Counted from the stretch's first letter, positions 10,131-18,711 are shown. The stretch is DNA of 36,909 bases from Anaerolineae bacterium (GCA_029932895.1 JAOZPF010000001.1:1-36909); one strand, 5' to 3'. Notes: generated by a model from the sequence alone, not told the origin. A program made the numbers and translations.

Positions 10131-10178
10131 TGGTTAGTTTGCTGGTCAGTTGGCTAGTTGGCTGATTGGCAGATTTGT
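10131..10178. repeat. degenerate 8-nt tandem repeat (YAGTTGGC on the plus strand)
   Basis: tggttagt ttgctggt CAGTTGGC TAGTTGGC TGATTGGC agatttgt. The three good copies are at 10147-10170. The array spans the hydrolase stop codon (10146-10148) and its last codons. Confidence 0.6.
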
Positions 10179-11105
10179 CGGTATCACCTCCTTGTCGAGG
10201 AAGGCGTTGTCAAAGAACGTCACCACGCGCTGTTCCCACTCCTCTGGAGCCACGTCCAGGTACCCGCCGTGCCAGCAGCCAGGGACGATCCACAACTCTT
10301 TGGGCTCTCCCGCTCGCGCCAATTGCTCGCCGGGGTGCGCGTTTTCTGCTTCCAGCTCTCCGTAGATGAGGAGCAGTGGACGCGGGCTGATGCGGTCGAT
10401 GACCGCGATGGGACTGATCTCGCGGGCGTCCACGCCGGTCTCGATTCGGAAGGCCAGCATGACGGTCCAATAGACCAGGTTTTCCCACGGGGAGTTGCGC
10501 TTTCCCTTGTTGCAGATGTCCGCTGCCAAGTCGTAAAATCCTCCCTCGGCGATCACGGCCTCGATGCGGTCGTCCTGCGCTGCGCCAAGCGTGGCGGTCA
10601 CTCCGCCCAGGGAATAGCCCAGCACGCCCACGTGAGCCACCTCCGACCGTGCCCGCAACCACGTCACCATTTCCACCAGGTCGGCTGCTTCCTCGTAGCC
10701 CAGGGTGGACAGCCCCTCTGGGTGAGCGCAGGAGCGCGTCTCGGTCAAGAGCAGACCGTAGCCGTGGCGGGCCAGGATCGCCCCGGCCCGCAGCATCCCG
10801 TCCCGTCCCCCACCCAGGCCGGGCAGCAGGATGATCACAACGCCGTTCTGCGGCAGGACGTACCAGGCGCGGAGGGTCAGCCCATCATGGCCGTGGTAAG
10901 TTACGTCCTGCGCTCCTGTGATGCCCATGTCGCTGGGTGTGCTGCCCGTCTCCTGGCAGCCGGGATGGGTGAGGTTGTGGGCGTAGATGGCTCCGGACAT
11001 CACGCCGGAGCCAACCAGCGTGCCCGCAACGCCCGCGGTCACGGCCACAAGCGCCAGCCTTGCCAGGCGCAACCAGTATGAACGGTCCCGCTGCACGAAG
11101 CTCAT
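10146..11105 (-). CDS. membrane-anchored alpha/beta hydrolase
   Basis: Start at MSFVQRDRSYW (ATG 11105). N-terminal hydrophobic helix LALVAVTAGVAGTLVGSGV, nucleophile elbow GYSLGG, C-terminal CWHGGY (His). Confidence 0.8.
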   Translation of the reverse strand: MSFVQRDRSYWLRLARLALVAVTAGVAGTLVGSGVMSGAIYAHNLTHPGCQETGSTPSDMGITGAQDVTYHGHDGLTLRAWYVLPQNGVVIILLPGLGGGRDGMLRAGAILARHGYGLLLTETRSCAHPEGLSTLGYEEAADLVEMVTWLRARSEVAHVGVLGYSLGGVTATLGAAQDDRIEAVIAEGGFYDLAADICNKGKRNSPWENLVYWTVMLAFRIETGVDAREISPIAVIDRISPRPLLLIYGELEAENAHPGEQLARAGEPKELWIVPGCWHGGYLDVAPEEWEQRVVTFFDNAFLDKEVIPTNLPISQLAN

Positions 11106-11143
11106 TTTACTCCAAAGAGGGGAAATCGAAAAGGGGCAGAGTG

Positions 11144-11176
11144 GGGCTGCGCCAGCGTCACGGGCCGGCGCAGCCC
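11144..11176 (-). terminator. intergenic 10-bp GC hairpin after the COG2403 gene (possible operon terminator)
   Basis: GGGCTGCGCC (11144-11153) pairs with GGCGCAGCCC (11167-11176); 13-nt loop. On the minus strand only a weak, delayed T-run follows (cactctgcccctttt). Confidence 0.35.
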
Positions 11177-11208
11177 GGTTTTGCGTCGAGATGTGTGCGG
11201 TCGGAGGG

Positions 11209-12522
11209 CTACCCGAACCGCTCCCGTACAATTTCCTCCAGCGTCGGCTGGCCGATCACCTCCAGCTCGTACCGCACCCGGTCCATCGGGTGGCGGATGT
11301 CGATGACCCGCCGCAGGTCGATGGGCGTGGCTGCCAGGACCAGGTCGCAGTCGACGGCGTTGATCGTCTCCTCCAGGTCCTTTACCTGCGCCTCGCCATA
11401 CCCCATTGCCGGTAGCAGCGTGCCGGTGTGGGGATACTTGGCAAAGGTGGCGGCGATGGAGCGGACGGCGTAAGGGCGCGGGTCGACCAGCTCGGCTGCG
11501 CCGAACCGCCGCGCGGCTACCACGCCAGCCCCGTAGGTCATCTCGCCGTGGGTCAGCGTCGGGCCGTCCTCGATCACCAGTACTCGCTTGCCCCGCACCG
11601 CCGCCGGATCCTCCACAAAGATGGGGGAGGCGGCATCCACTATGACGGCCTGTGGGTTGACGGAGCGGGTGTTGTCGCGCACCTCGGCCACTTTCTCATA
11701 GTCGGCGGTATCCACCTTGTTGATCACCACCACATCGGCGGCGCGCAGGTTGGCCTCGCCGGGGTGGTAGCGTAGCTCGTGCCCGGCCCGGTGCGGGTCC
11801 GCTACGGTGATGAACAGATCGGGCTTGTAGAACGGCAGATCGTTGTTCCCGCCGTCCCACACCACCACGTCGGCCTCCTCCTCCGCCTGGCGCAGGATCG
11901 CCTCATAGTCCACCCCAGCATAGACTACTACCCCGCGGTCGATGTGTGGCTCGTACTCCTCCCGCTCCTCAATGGTACACTTGTGCCGGTCTAGGTCGGC
12001 ATAGGTGGCGAACCGCTGCACTGCCTGAGCGACCAGGTCGCCATAGGGCATCGGGTGGCGAACCACGACCACCTTTTTGCCCATTGCCTGCAACACGTCA
12101 CACACGTGCCGCGTGGTCTGGCTCTTGCCACAGCCGGTGCGCACGGCGCAGACCGCCAGCACTGGCTTGGTGCTCTTGAGCATTGTCGAAGCGGCTCCCA
12201 TCAGCCGAAAGTCCGCCCCGGCTACCAGGACCTGAGAGGCCTTGTGCATCACCACCTCGTGGGGGACGTCGGAGTAGGCAAAGATCACCTGGTTGACCTC
12301 ATAGCGGCGGATCAGGTCGGATAATTCCTCCTCGGCATAGATGGGGATGCCCTGGGGGTATAATTTACCCGCCAGTTGCGGCGGGTAGCGGCGGCCCTCA
12401 ATGTTGGGAATCTGGGTGGCAGTAAAAGCGACCACCTCGTAATCTTGGTTGTCGCGGAAGTAGACGTTAAAGTTATGAAAGTCGCGCCCGGCGGCGCCCA
12501 TGATGATCACTCGGTTTTTCAT
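11209..12522 (-). CDS. COG2403-type P-loop protein (family annotated as predicted GTPase / cyclic 2,3-diphosphoglycerate synthetase-like)
   Basis: 437 aa. MKNRVIIMGAAGRDFHNFN N-terminus, Walker A AVRTGCGKSQT, NKVD-like INKVD motif. ATGA overlap with the nusB stop (12519-12522). Confidence 0.75.
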   Translation of the reverse strand: MKNRVIIMGAAGRDFHNFNVYFRDNQDYEVVAFTATQIPNIEGRRYPPQLAGKLYPQGIPIYAEEELSDLIRRYEVNQVIFAYSDVPHEVVMHKASQVLVAGADFRLMGAASTMLKSTKPVLAVCAVRTGCGKSQTTRHVCDVLQAMGKKVVVVRHPMPYGDLVAQAVQRFATYADLDRHKCTIEEREEYEPHIDRGVVVYAGVDYEAILRQAEEEADVVVWDGGNNDLPFYKPDLFITVADPHRAGHELRYHPGEANLRAADVVVINKVDTADYEKVAEVRDNTRSVNPQAVIVDAASPIFVEDPAAVRGKRVLVIEDGPTLTHGEMTYGAGVVAARRFGAAELVDPRPYAVRSIAATFAKYPHTGTLLPAMGYGEAQVKDLEETINAVDCDLVLAATPIDLRRVIDIRHPMDRVRYELEVIGQPTLEEIVRERFG

Positions 12523-13019
12523 TTTCCCTCCGTTTTCCGTGATTTCGGCGCACGTGCGGGGTGTGTGCCCGGTTCGTCTTGCTCGGCCGCGCGCGCCCGC
12601 GTGCGGCGGACGATCTCGTCCTTCACCGGCACCAGCGCCCCCAGCACGCCGTTGACAAAGCGGGAGCTGCTATCCGACCCGAACTGCTTGGCTAGTTCCA
12701 CCGCCTCATTGATGACGACCTTGACAGGGGTCTCCTGGGTCACAGCGAATTCGTAGAGGGCCATGCGGAGGATGTTGCGGTCGATGTAGGCCATCTGCTC
12801 CAGTGGCCATTCGGGGGCGTATCGCTGGATGAACGGGTCCAGCAGATCCTGATATTGGAGGACGCCCAGGGTGAGGTGGCGGGCGAAATTGGCGGTCGCC
12901 TCCGATATCTCGTTCTCCTCCAGCCGTTGTTGGAGCACCAGCTCGGGAGGGTGGTGGGCGCAGTCGATCTCGTAGAGTGCCTGGATAGCGATGGTGCGAG
13001 CGCGGCGGCGAGCTTTCAC
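12519..13019 (-). CDS. nusB: transcription antitermination factor NusB
   Basis: ARRRARTIAIQALYEID...IDRNILRMALYEF...PVKVVINEAVELAKQFG...FVNGVLG is a NusB signature. No ATG is available after the upstream stop, so the start is set at GTG 13019-13017, 4 nt after the asp23 stop. Confidence 0.88.
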   Translation of the reverse strand: MKARRRARTIAIQALYEIDCAHHPPELVLQQRLEENEISEATANFARHLTLGVLQYQDLLDPFIQRYAPEWPLEQMAYIDRNILRMALYEFAVTQETPVKVVINEAVELAKQFGSDSSSRFVNGVLGALVPVKDEIVRRTRARAAEQDEPGTHPARAPKSRKTEGK

Positions 13020-13023
13020 AGCT

Positions 13024-13374
13024 TTACTCGGTGCGTTCCGTTTCCGGGGCGGGGACAATGTCCTCGATGGTGACGTTGACGGCCTCGACCTGTAAGCCGA
13101 CCAGGTCCTCAATGGCTCGGGCGACCTCATCCTGAATCTGGTGGGCCAGCGCCAACATGCTCCGTCCCGCCTCGGCGACAATGTGCAGGTCCACCCGCAC
13201 GTTGCCGTCTTGGACCGTGATCTGGAACCCGTCCTGAAGCCCCAATACTCGCTTCAGGCCGAGGGGTGGGGTCAAGCGAGCCACCCCCGGCACGGCCAAC
13301 GCCGTGAGGCGCACGATGGTTCCCAGGGCATCGGGGGAGACCGTGATCATGCCGTATGATGGGACCTTTTCCAT
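13024..13374 (-). CDS. Asp23/Gls24-family envelope stress protein
   Basis: 116 aa. ITVSPDALGTIVRLTALAVPGV...VDLHIVAEAG.S...A..IQDEVARAIEDLVGL.V.AVNV is typical Asp23 (DUF322). The position before nusB mirrors B. subtilis yqhY-nusB. Confidence 0.85.
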   Translation of the reverse strand: MEKVPSYGMITVSPDALGTIVRLTALAVPGVARLTPPLGLKRVLGLQDGFQITVQDGNVRVDLHIVAEAGRSMLALAHQIQDEVARAIEDLVGLQVEAVNVTIEDIVPAPETERTE

Positions 13375-13398
13375 ACCAATCCTTCCGCCCGTTATCTT

Positions 13399-14154
13399 TT
13401 AGCCGGACATTACCAATCCGCCGTCTACTGGCAGCACTGCGCCGGTGATAAAGGCGGCCTCGTCGGAGGCCAGGAATGCCACGGCGTAGGCGATCTCTTC
13501 CGGCCTGCCGGCTCGCCCAAGCGGCGTCGTCTCGATGGCCTTTTGGCGCAGCTCTTCTGGCAGGTCTGCTGTCAGGTCGGTGGGGACAAGGCCGGGGGCG
13601 ACGACGTTGACGGTGATGCCACGCGCTCCCAGTTCCTTGGCCAAGCTCTTGGAAAAGCCAATGACGCCGGCTTTGGCCGCGCCATAGTTGGTCTGGCCGC
13701 CCTGCCCGGCGATGCCGACCACGGAGGAGATGTTGATGATGCGTCCATATCGCTGGCGCACCATCGTGCGCGCCGCTGACTTGCAGGTGTTGAACAGGCT
13801 CTTCAGGTCCACCCGGATGACCGTGTCCCAATCCTCTTCCTTCATCATCATTATGACCTGGTCGCGGGTGACGCCAGCGTTGTTGACCAGAATATCCAAT
13901 CGCCCATAGGTGTCCAGCGCGGTCCGCACGAGTGCTTTGGCCTGGTCGAACTCGGCGACGTCTGCCTGTGCGACTATTGCCTCGCCGCCCGCGGCCTCGA
14001 TGGCGGCGACGGTCTCGGCGGCGGCGGCATCGTTGCGGTTGTAGTTGACCACCACTTTGGCGCCCCGGCGGCCTAGTTCCTGGGCGATGGCCCGGCCGAT
14101 GCCGCGCGAGCCGCCGGTCACGATGGCGACCTTTCCTTCTAGGGATTTGCTCAT
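13399..14154 (-). CDS. fabG: 3-oxoacyl-[ACP] reductase
   Basis: 251 aa. LEGKVAIVTGGSRGIGRAIA, NNAG, S...YGAAKAG catalytic triad context. Confidence 0.92.
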   Translation of the reverse strand: MSKSLEGKVAIVTGGSRGIGRAIAQELGRRGAKVVVNYNRNDAAAAETVAAIEAAGGEAIVAQADVAEFDQAKALVRTALDTYGRLDILVNNAGVTRDQVIMMMKEEDWDTVIRVDLKSLFNTCKSAARTMVRQRYGRIINISSVVGIAGQGGQTNYGAAKAGVIGFSKSLAKELGARGITVNVVAPGLVPTDLTADLPEELRQKAIETTPLGRAGRPEEIAYAVAFLASDEAAFITGAVLPVDGGLVMSG

Positions 14155-14173
14155 GCCGATTTACCCTCGTACG

Positions 14174-15097
14174 CTATGCAGTCCTGCCCAGCAATTGGGC
14201 AGTGGTCAGCCGTTCCACCGTCCGGTCGATGCGACGCAAAAGGCTGGTGAGCACGTTGCCCGGCCCAACCTCGATGAGGCGGGTGACGCCGTGGCTGGTG
14301 ATCCAGCGGATCGAGTCGGTCCAGTGAACGGGGGAGGTGAGTTGCCGGGCCAGGGCCTGGCGGATCTGGTCGGGGTCGGTCAGTGGCGTGCCGGTGGTGT
14401 TGGAGACGAAGGGGACCTGCGGTGGGCGGAGGACGACACGCTCCAGAGCTTCCTTGAAGGCAGCGGCGGCCTCGGCCATCAGTGGGGAGTGGGCGGCGAT
14501 GCTGACGGCCAGCCGCAGCACCCGTTTCGCTCCGCTCCTCTCCAGTGCTGCTATTCCCTCCTCCAGGCTGCTCTTGTCGCCCGAGATCACCACCTGGCCC
14601 GGGCAGTTGTCGTTGGCGATGCCCACGTACCCGCCGGTCACCTCGCAGGTTTGGGCGCAGACAGCCTCGACGGTGGAGCGGTCCAGGCCGATGACGGCGG
14701 CCATGCCGCCGGGCTGTCGCTTCCCGGCCTGGCTCATCAAGCGGCCGCGCTCGCGAACCAGGAGCAGTGCCTCTTCGAAAGACAGCGCCCCGGCCGCTAC
14801 CAGGGCGCTGAATTCGCCCAGACTGTGTCCGGCCACAAAGGCGAGTTGTTCCAGATCCGTCCCCAGTGCTCGCAGCGCCGCGATGCTTGTCGTCAGGATG
14901 GCGGGCTGCGTGTTCGCTGTCTCGTTCAGTTCCTCCGCCGGCCCCTCGAAACAGAGACGAGAGAGGCCAAAGCCCAGGATCTGGTCTGCCTGGGCATAGA
15001 CAGCGGCTGCGGCAGGGATGTGAGCGTATAGTTCTTTCCCCATCCCAACGTATTGGGACCCCTGCCCTGGGAATTGGAGTGCCAGAGGCTGGCTCAT
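14174..15097 (-). CDS. fabD: malonyl-CoA:ACP transacylase
   Basis: Start at MSQPLALQFPGQGSQYVGMG (ATG 15097). Active site GHSLGEFSA. The track ORF start at 15154 would overlap rpmF. Confidence 0.92.
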   Translation of the reverse strand: MSQPLALQFPGQGSQYVGMGKELYAHIPAAAAVYAQADQILGFGLSRLCFEGPAEELNETANTQPAILTTSIAALRALGTDLEQLAFVAGHSLGEFSALVAAGALSFEEALLLVRERGRLMSQAGKRQPGGMAAVIGLDRSTVEAVCAQTCEVTGGYVGIANDNCPGQVVISGDKSSLEEGIAALERSGAKRVLRLAVSIAAHSPLMAEAAAAFKEALERVVLRPPQVPFVSNTTGTPLTDPDQIRQALARQLTSPVHWTDSIRWITSHGVTRLIEVGPGNVLTSLLRRIDRTVERLTTAQLLGRTA

Positions 15098-15107
15098 TTT
15101 CAAAATG

Positions 15108-15293
15108 CTACTTCTCTTCGATCTTGATGACCTCTCGACCCTGGTAGGTGCCACAGTTCGGACAGGCCCGATGTGGGAGCATAGGCTGCTTACACTGCGG
15201 GCATAGTACCAGTTGAGGAGGCCTCAAGGCGCTGTGGGCCCGGCGTCGCTTGCGCCGTCCGTTGGAAATCCTGCGCTTGGGAACGGCTCCCAT
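15108..15293 (-). CDS. rpmF: 50S ribosomal protein L32 (Zn-ribbon, C+ form)
   Basis: 61 aa. MGAVPKRRISNGRRKRRRAH...CPQC...CPNCG. Confidence 0.95.
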   Translation of the reverse strand: MGAVPKRRISNGRRKRRRAHSALRPPQLVLCPQCKQPMLPHRACPNCGTYQGREVIKIEEK

Positions 15294-15343
15294 ATGATCC
15301 TCTCCTTCATTAGAATTCCCGCCGGGAGGGCGGGCGTGGCGGT

Positions 15344-15372
15344 ATTATAGATGCAAGCGGGCAACCTGTCAA
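15344..15372 (-). promoter_or_regulatory. perfect-consensus sigma-70 promoter for the rpmF-fabD-fabG-asp23-nusB-COG2403 unit
   Basis: Minus strand TTGACA (15372-15367), 17-nt spacer, TATAAT (15349-15344), about 50 nt upstream of the rpmF start. Confidence 0.7.
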
Positions 15373-15439
15373 GGCTACTGGTTGGGCGGATTGCGCCACC
15401 GCTCTGGTACGGTATGGTGATTCTTTTTCTCCTCACCGG

Positions 15440-15467
15440 TTGACTTTTCCATCGCGTCCATTACAAT
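15440..15467 (+). promoter_or_regulatory. sigma-70-type promoter for the glyA-gcvT fusion gene
   Basis: TTGACT (15440-15445), 16-nt spacer, TACAAT (15462-15467), 35 nt upstream of the GTG start. Divergent from the rpmF promoter. Confidence 0.55.
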
Positions 15468-15501
15468 ACGGCCGCGGTGGAGACCCTGTGGGAGGTGTGC
15501 G

Positions 15502-18500
15502 GTGGACGATTTTCTGTTTCGGGATGACCTGGGGACTCTGGACCCAGCCATCGAACGGTTGATTGAGCTGGAGGCGGAGCGACAGGCGCGCAAGCTGATC
15601 ATGATTCCCTCGGAGAGCAGCACCCCCCGCGCCGTCCGCCAGGCGCTGGGCTCTGTCTTTACCAACATCTATGCCGAGGGATACCCGCTGCCGGAAACAC
15701 GTTGGATGGCGGAGGAGCAGCTCCTGGACTATGAGGCTCAGTTGGTCGCCCATCGGCGCTATGGCGACCTGCGTTACTATATGGGCGTGGAGTATGCCGA
15801 CATCGCAGAGGCGCTGGCCAGACGGCGCTGCGCTGATGCTTTTGCCACAGATAATATCCCCGCCGACCGTATCTATGTCAACGTCCAGCCTCTATCTGGC
15901 GCTCCGGCCAACATCGCCGTCTACGAGGCGCTGCTCAAGCCGGGCGATACGATCCTGGGGATGGAGCTGACCCACGGCGGTCATCTCTCCCACGGTAGCC
16001 CGGCCAACGTCTCCGGTCAGCGGTACCATGCGGTCCATTACCGCGTCGATCCCCGCACCGAGCTGCTGGATTATGAGCAGATCGAGGAGATGGCGCTGGA
16101 GCATCGGCCCAAGATCATTGTCGCCGGCTATACCTCCTACCCCCGTCTGCCCAATTGGGCCAAGTTCCGCCGTATCGCCGACCGGGTGGGGGCCTATCTG
16201 TTGGCCGACATCGCCCACGTGGCGGGGATGGTCATCGCCGGAGCTTATCCCACCCCCCTCGGCCATGCCCACGTCATCACTTTTACCACTCACAAGACCC
16301 TGGCTGGCCCGCGGGGCGCCTGTATCCTCACCACCGATCCTCTCATTGCCCGCCGCGTCGACCACGCTGTCTTCCCCGGGCTGCAGGGTGGACCGCATGT
16401 CAACAAGTTCGTGGCGATGGCTGTCGCTTTCCGCTTGGCCCGCACCGAGTCCTTTCACGCTCTCCAGCACCAGATCGTCGCCAATGCCAAAGCGTTAGCC
16501 CAGGCACTCCAGGAAGAGGGGATGCGCATTCCCCACGGCGGCACCGACACACACCTGCTCCTGGTCGATTGCAAGACCGTCGTTGGCCCCTTTGGCGAAC
16601 CGCTGCTGGGCGATACGGCAGCCCGCATTCTCGACCAGGTGGGCATTGTCTGTAATCGCAATACCATCCCCGGCGATCCCTCGCCGGCCCTCGCCAGCGG
16701 CATCCGCCTGGGCACTCCCTGGGTCACCCAGCGCGGCCTGCGAGAGCCCGAGATGGTGGAATTGGCCCACCTGATTGCCGGGACGCTCAAGGCGATCCGG
16801 CCCACCACCTATCCCGGTCGGCACGGCCTGGTCCACCGGGGCCGGGTAGATTTTGATACCCTGGAGGAGGCCAGGCTGGCGGTCGCGGAACTGGCCGACA
16901 AGGCCGGCATCGACTGGGAGGTCCGCTGCTCTGGCTATCCTCACCATTGCCTCATCACCGACATCCGACCATTGGAACGGGAGTGGGGATTGATCGAACT
17001 GGAGGGCAACAGTGTGGCTCCGTTCCTCGACCTGGCGCTGGTGGAGCCGGTGGACGGCCTGGAGCCGGGTCAGTACCGGCCAGCCACGCTCCTGGGGGCC
17101 GACGGGCGACCGATGGCACGCGGCTTTCTCTCCCGCCCCACTTTCCGCTACCAGCGGTACCGGCTGGTCGTGCCATCTGACCGCATGCGGCGGGTGCTGA
17201 CCTGGCTGCGCGATCTCTCGGATGGCTATGTCCTCTTCGATCCGCACGACCTGCAGGCCAAGCTGCCCGGCCCGGTGGTGGTGCGCAACTTGGGAGGGAC
17301 CGACGCGCCAGGGGAATTGCCCGCGGACGAGGGTTTCGAGCCGCCCCTCTCGTTCAAGCCGGCCTACATCGGACTTTCGGTCCATCGCCAAGCCGAACCG
17401 GCAGGCGACCCGCTTCCTCCTTTCGAGTGGCAACCGGGCGAGCAGCCCCTGCGCCGGACAGTGCTCTACCAGGCCCACAAGGAGCTGGGTGCCCACTTTG
17501 TCTCCTTTGGCGGCTGGGAGATGCCGGTTCGGTACGGCCCTGTGCTGGACGAGCACCGGGCGGTGCGCGGGGCGGCCGGCCTGTTCGATGTGGGCCACAT
17601 GGGTATCTTTGAGGTCTCTGGTCCCTTTGCCACCGCCTTCCTCGACCTGGTGACGACCAACGACGTCAACCTGCTGCGGCCAGGACATTCCCACTATGGC
17701 TTCCTGCTCGACCCGGAGGGGCATGTCTTGGATGACCTGCTGATCTATATGCGCGACCCCGACCAGTATATGCTGGTCGTCAATGCCGCCAACACCGAGA
17801 AGGACTGGGCGTGGCTGAACGCGGTCAATGAGGGTCGGGTGCGCATCGATCCGGACCGGCCCTGGGTCCGCCCCTCTTTCCGCGCCGAGCTCGTGGATAT
17901 GAACGCGCCAGGCCAGGAACACAACTGGCGGGTGGACCTGGCCCTGCAAGGGCCGCGGGCGCGTGACATCCTGTTGGATTGGCTGGATGCCAGCCCTCAG
18001 GGCCCGGCCGCGGCCGAGATTCGAGGCCGGTTGCTGGGACTGCGGCGAACAGAGCTGGTCGCGCTCCAGTGGCCGTGGCCCGATGCCCCCGGCGGTGTCT
18101 TTGACCTGCTCGTCGCGCGCACCGGCTACACCGGTGAGCAGATGGGGTTCGAGCTCTATGTCCACCCCGATTGGGCCGTGCAGCTCTGGAACTTGCTTCT
18201 GGAGATCGGCGCTCCCTCCGGCCTGCGTCCCGTGGGGCTGGCGGCCCGCGACTCGCTGCGTATCGAGGCAGGGCTGCCCCTCTACGGCCACGAGTTGGCC
18301 GGCCCGCTCGACCTGCGACCGGATGACGCCGGGCTGGAGGGGTATGTCAAGGTATACAAGCCATTCTTTGTGGGGCGGGAATCCCACCGCCGCCACCTCG
18401 CGGAGCACAAGATGCAGGTGGTCCGTTTCCGCATCGAGGAATCGGGTGTACCTATGCCCAACCAGGGCGACCGGGTGGTTGAGCGGCGAGGGCGCGTGAT

Positions 18501-18711
18501 CGGCGAGGTGACCTCATGCGCGCTGGACACGGAGGGAACTCTGGTGGGCATGGCCTGTGTGGACCGGCGGTTCGCGGAACCAGGTGAGGAGCTAAATATC
18601 TTTGCCCCGGCGCGCAAGCCCACTGGAAAGCCGCTGGACGAGTTGGAGATAGGGGACCGAGTCCCCCTTGCCGTGGAGGGCGTTGTGCTGGAGCGGTTTC
18701 CTCGTTGGTAG
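15502..18711 (+). CDS. glyA/gcvT: fusion protein: divergent serine hydroxymethyltransferase (aa 1-~475) + T-protein-like middle module (~476-649) + aminomethyltransferase GcvT (~650-1069)
   Basis: One uninterrupted 1069-codon frame with GTG start and GGGAGG SD. SHMT motifs: SGAPANIAVY, HGGHLSHG, DIAHVAGMV, TTHKTLAGPRG (PLP Lys), GLQGGPH, NRNTIPGD. GcvT motifs: FDVGHMG, VVNAANTEKDWAWL, RTGYTGEQMGFEL, ARDSLRIEAGLPLYGHEL. Confidence 0.9.
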   Translation: MDDFLFRDDLGTLDPAIERLIELEAERQARKLIMIPSESSTPRAVRQALGSVFTNIYAEGYPLPETRWMAEEQLLDYEAQLVAHRRYGDLRYYMGVEYADIAEALARRRCADAFATDNIPADRIYVNVQPLSGAPANIAVYEALLKPGDTILGMELTHGGHLSHGSPANVSGQRYHAVHYRVDPRTELLDYEQIEEMALEHRPKIIVAGYTSYPRLPNWAKFRRIADRVGAYLLADIAHVAGMVIAGAYPTPLGHAHVITFTTHKTLAGPRGACILTTDPLIARRVDHAVFPGLQGGPHVNKFVAMAVAFRLARTESFHALQHQIVANAKALAQALQEEGMRIPHGGTDTHLLLVDCKTVVGPFGEPLLGDTAARILDQVGIVCNRNTIPGDPSPALASGIRLGTPWVTQRGLREPEMVELAHLIAGTLKAIRPTTYPGRHGLVHRGRVDFDTLEEARLAVAELADKAGIDWEVRCSGYPHHCLITDIRPLEREWGLIELEGNSVAPFLDLALVEPVDGLEPGQYRPATLLGADGRPMARGFLSRPTFRYQRYRLVVPSDRMRRVLTWLRDLSDGYVLFDPHDLQAKLPGPVVVRNLGGTDAPGELPADEGFEPPLSFKPAYIGLSVHRQAEPAGDPLPPFEWQPGEQPLRRTVLYQAHKELGAHFVSFGGWEMPVRYGPVLDEHRAVRGAAGLFDVGHMGIFEVSGPFATAFLDLVTTNDVNLLRPGHSHYGFLLDPEGHVLDDLLIYMRDPDQYMLVVNAANTEKDWAWLNAVNEGRVRIDPDRPWVRPSFRAELVDMNAPGQEHNWRVDLALQGPRARDILLDWLDASPQGPAAAEIRGRLLGLRRTELVALQWPWPDAPGGVFDLLVARTGYTGEQMGFELYVHPDWAVQLWNLLLEIGAPSGLRPVGLAARDSLRIEAGLPLYGHELAGPLDLRPDDAGLEGYVKVYKPFFVGRESHRRHLAEHKMQVVRFRIEESGVPMPNQGDRVVERRGRVIGEVTSCALDTEGTLVGMACVDRRFAEPGEELNIFAPARKPTGKPLDELEIGDRVPLAVEGVVLERFPRW

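Noticed and set aside
15373-15501. Glycine riboswitch expected upstream of the gcvT-containing gene.
   Set aside because: The region holds two divergent promoters and leaves only ~35 nt of leader. None of the conserved glycine-aptamer cores are visible.
16495-18408. 637-aa minus-strand ORF opposite the glyA-gcvT fusion.
   Set aside because: Same reasoning. The plus strand has dense SHMT/GcvT motifs. The antisense product is Arg/Gly/Pro/Gln-rich and has no family signature.
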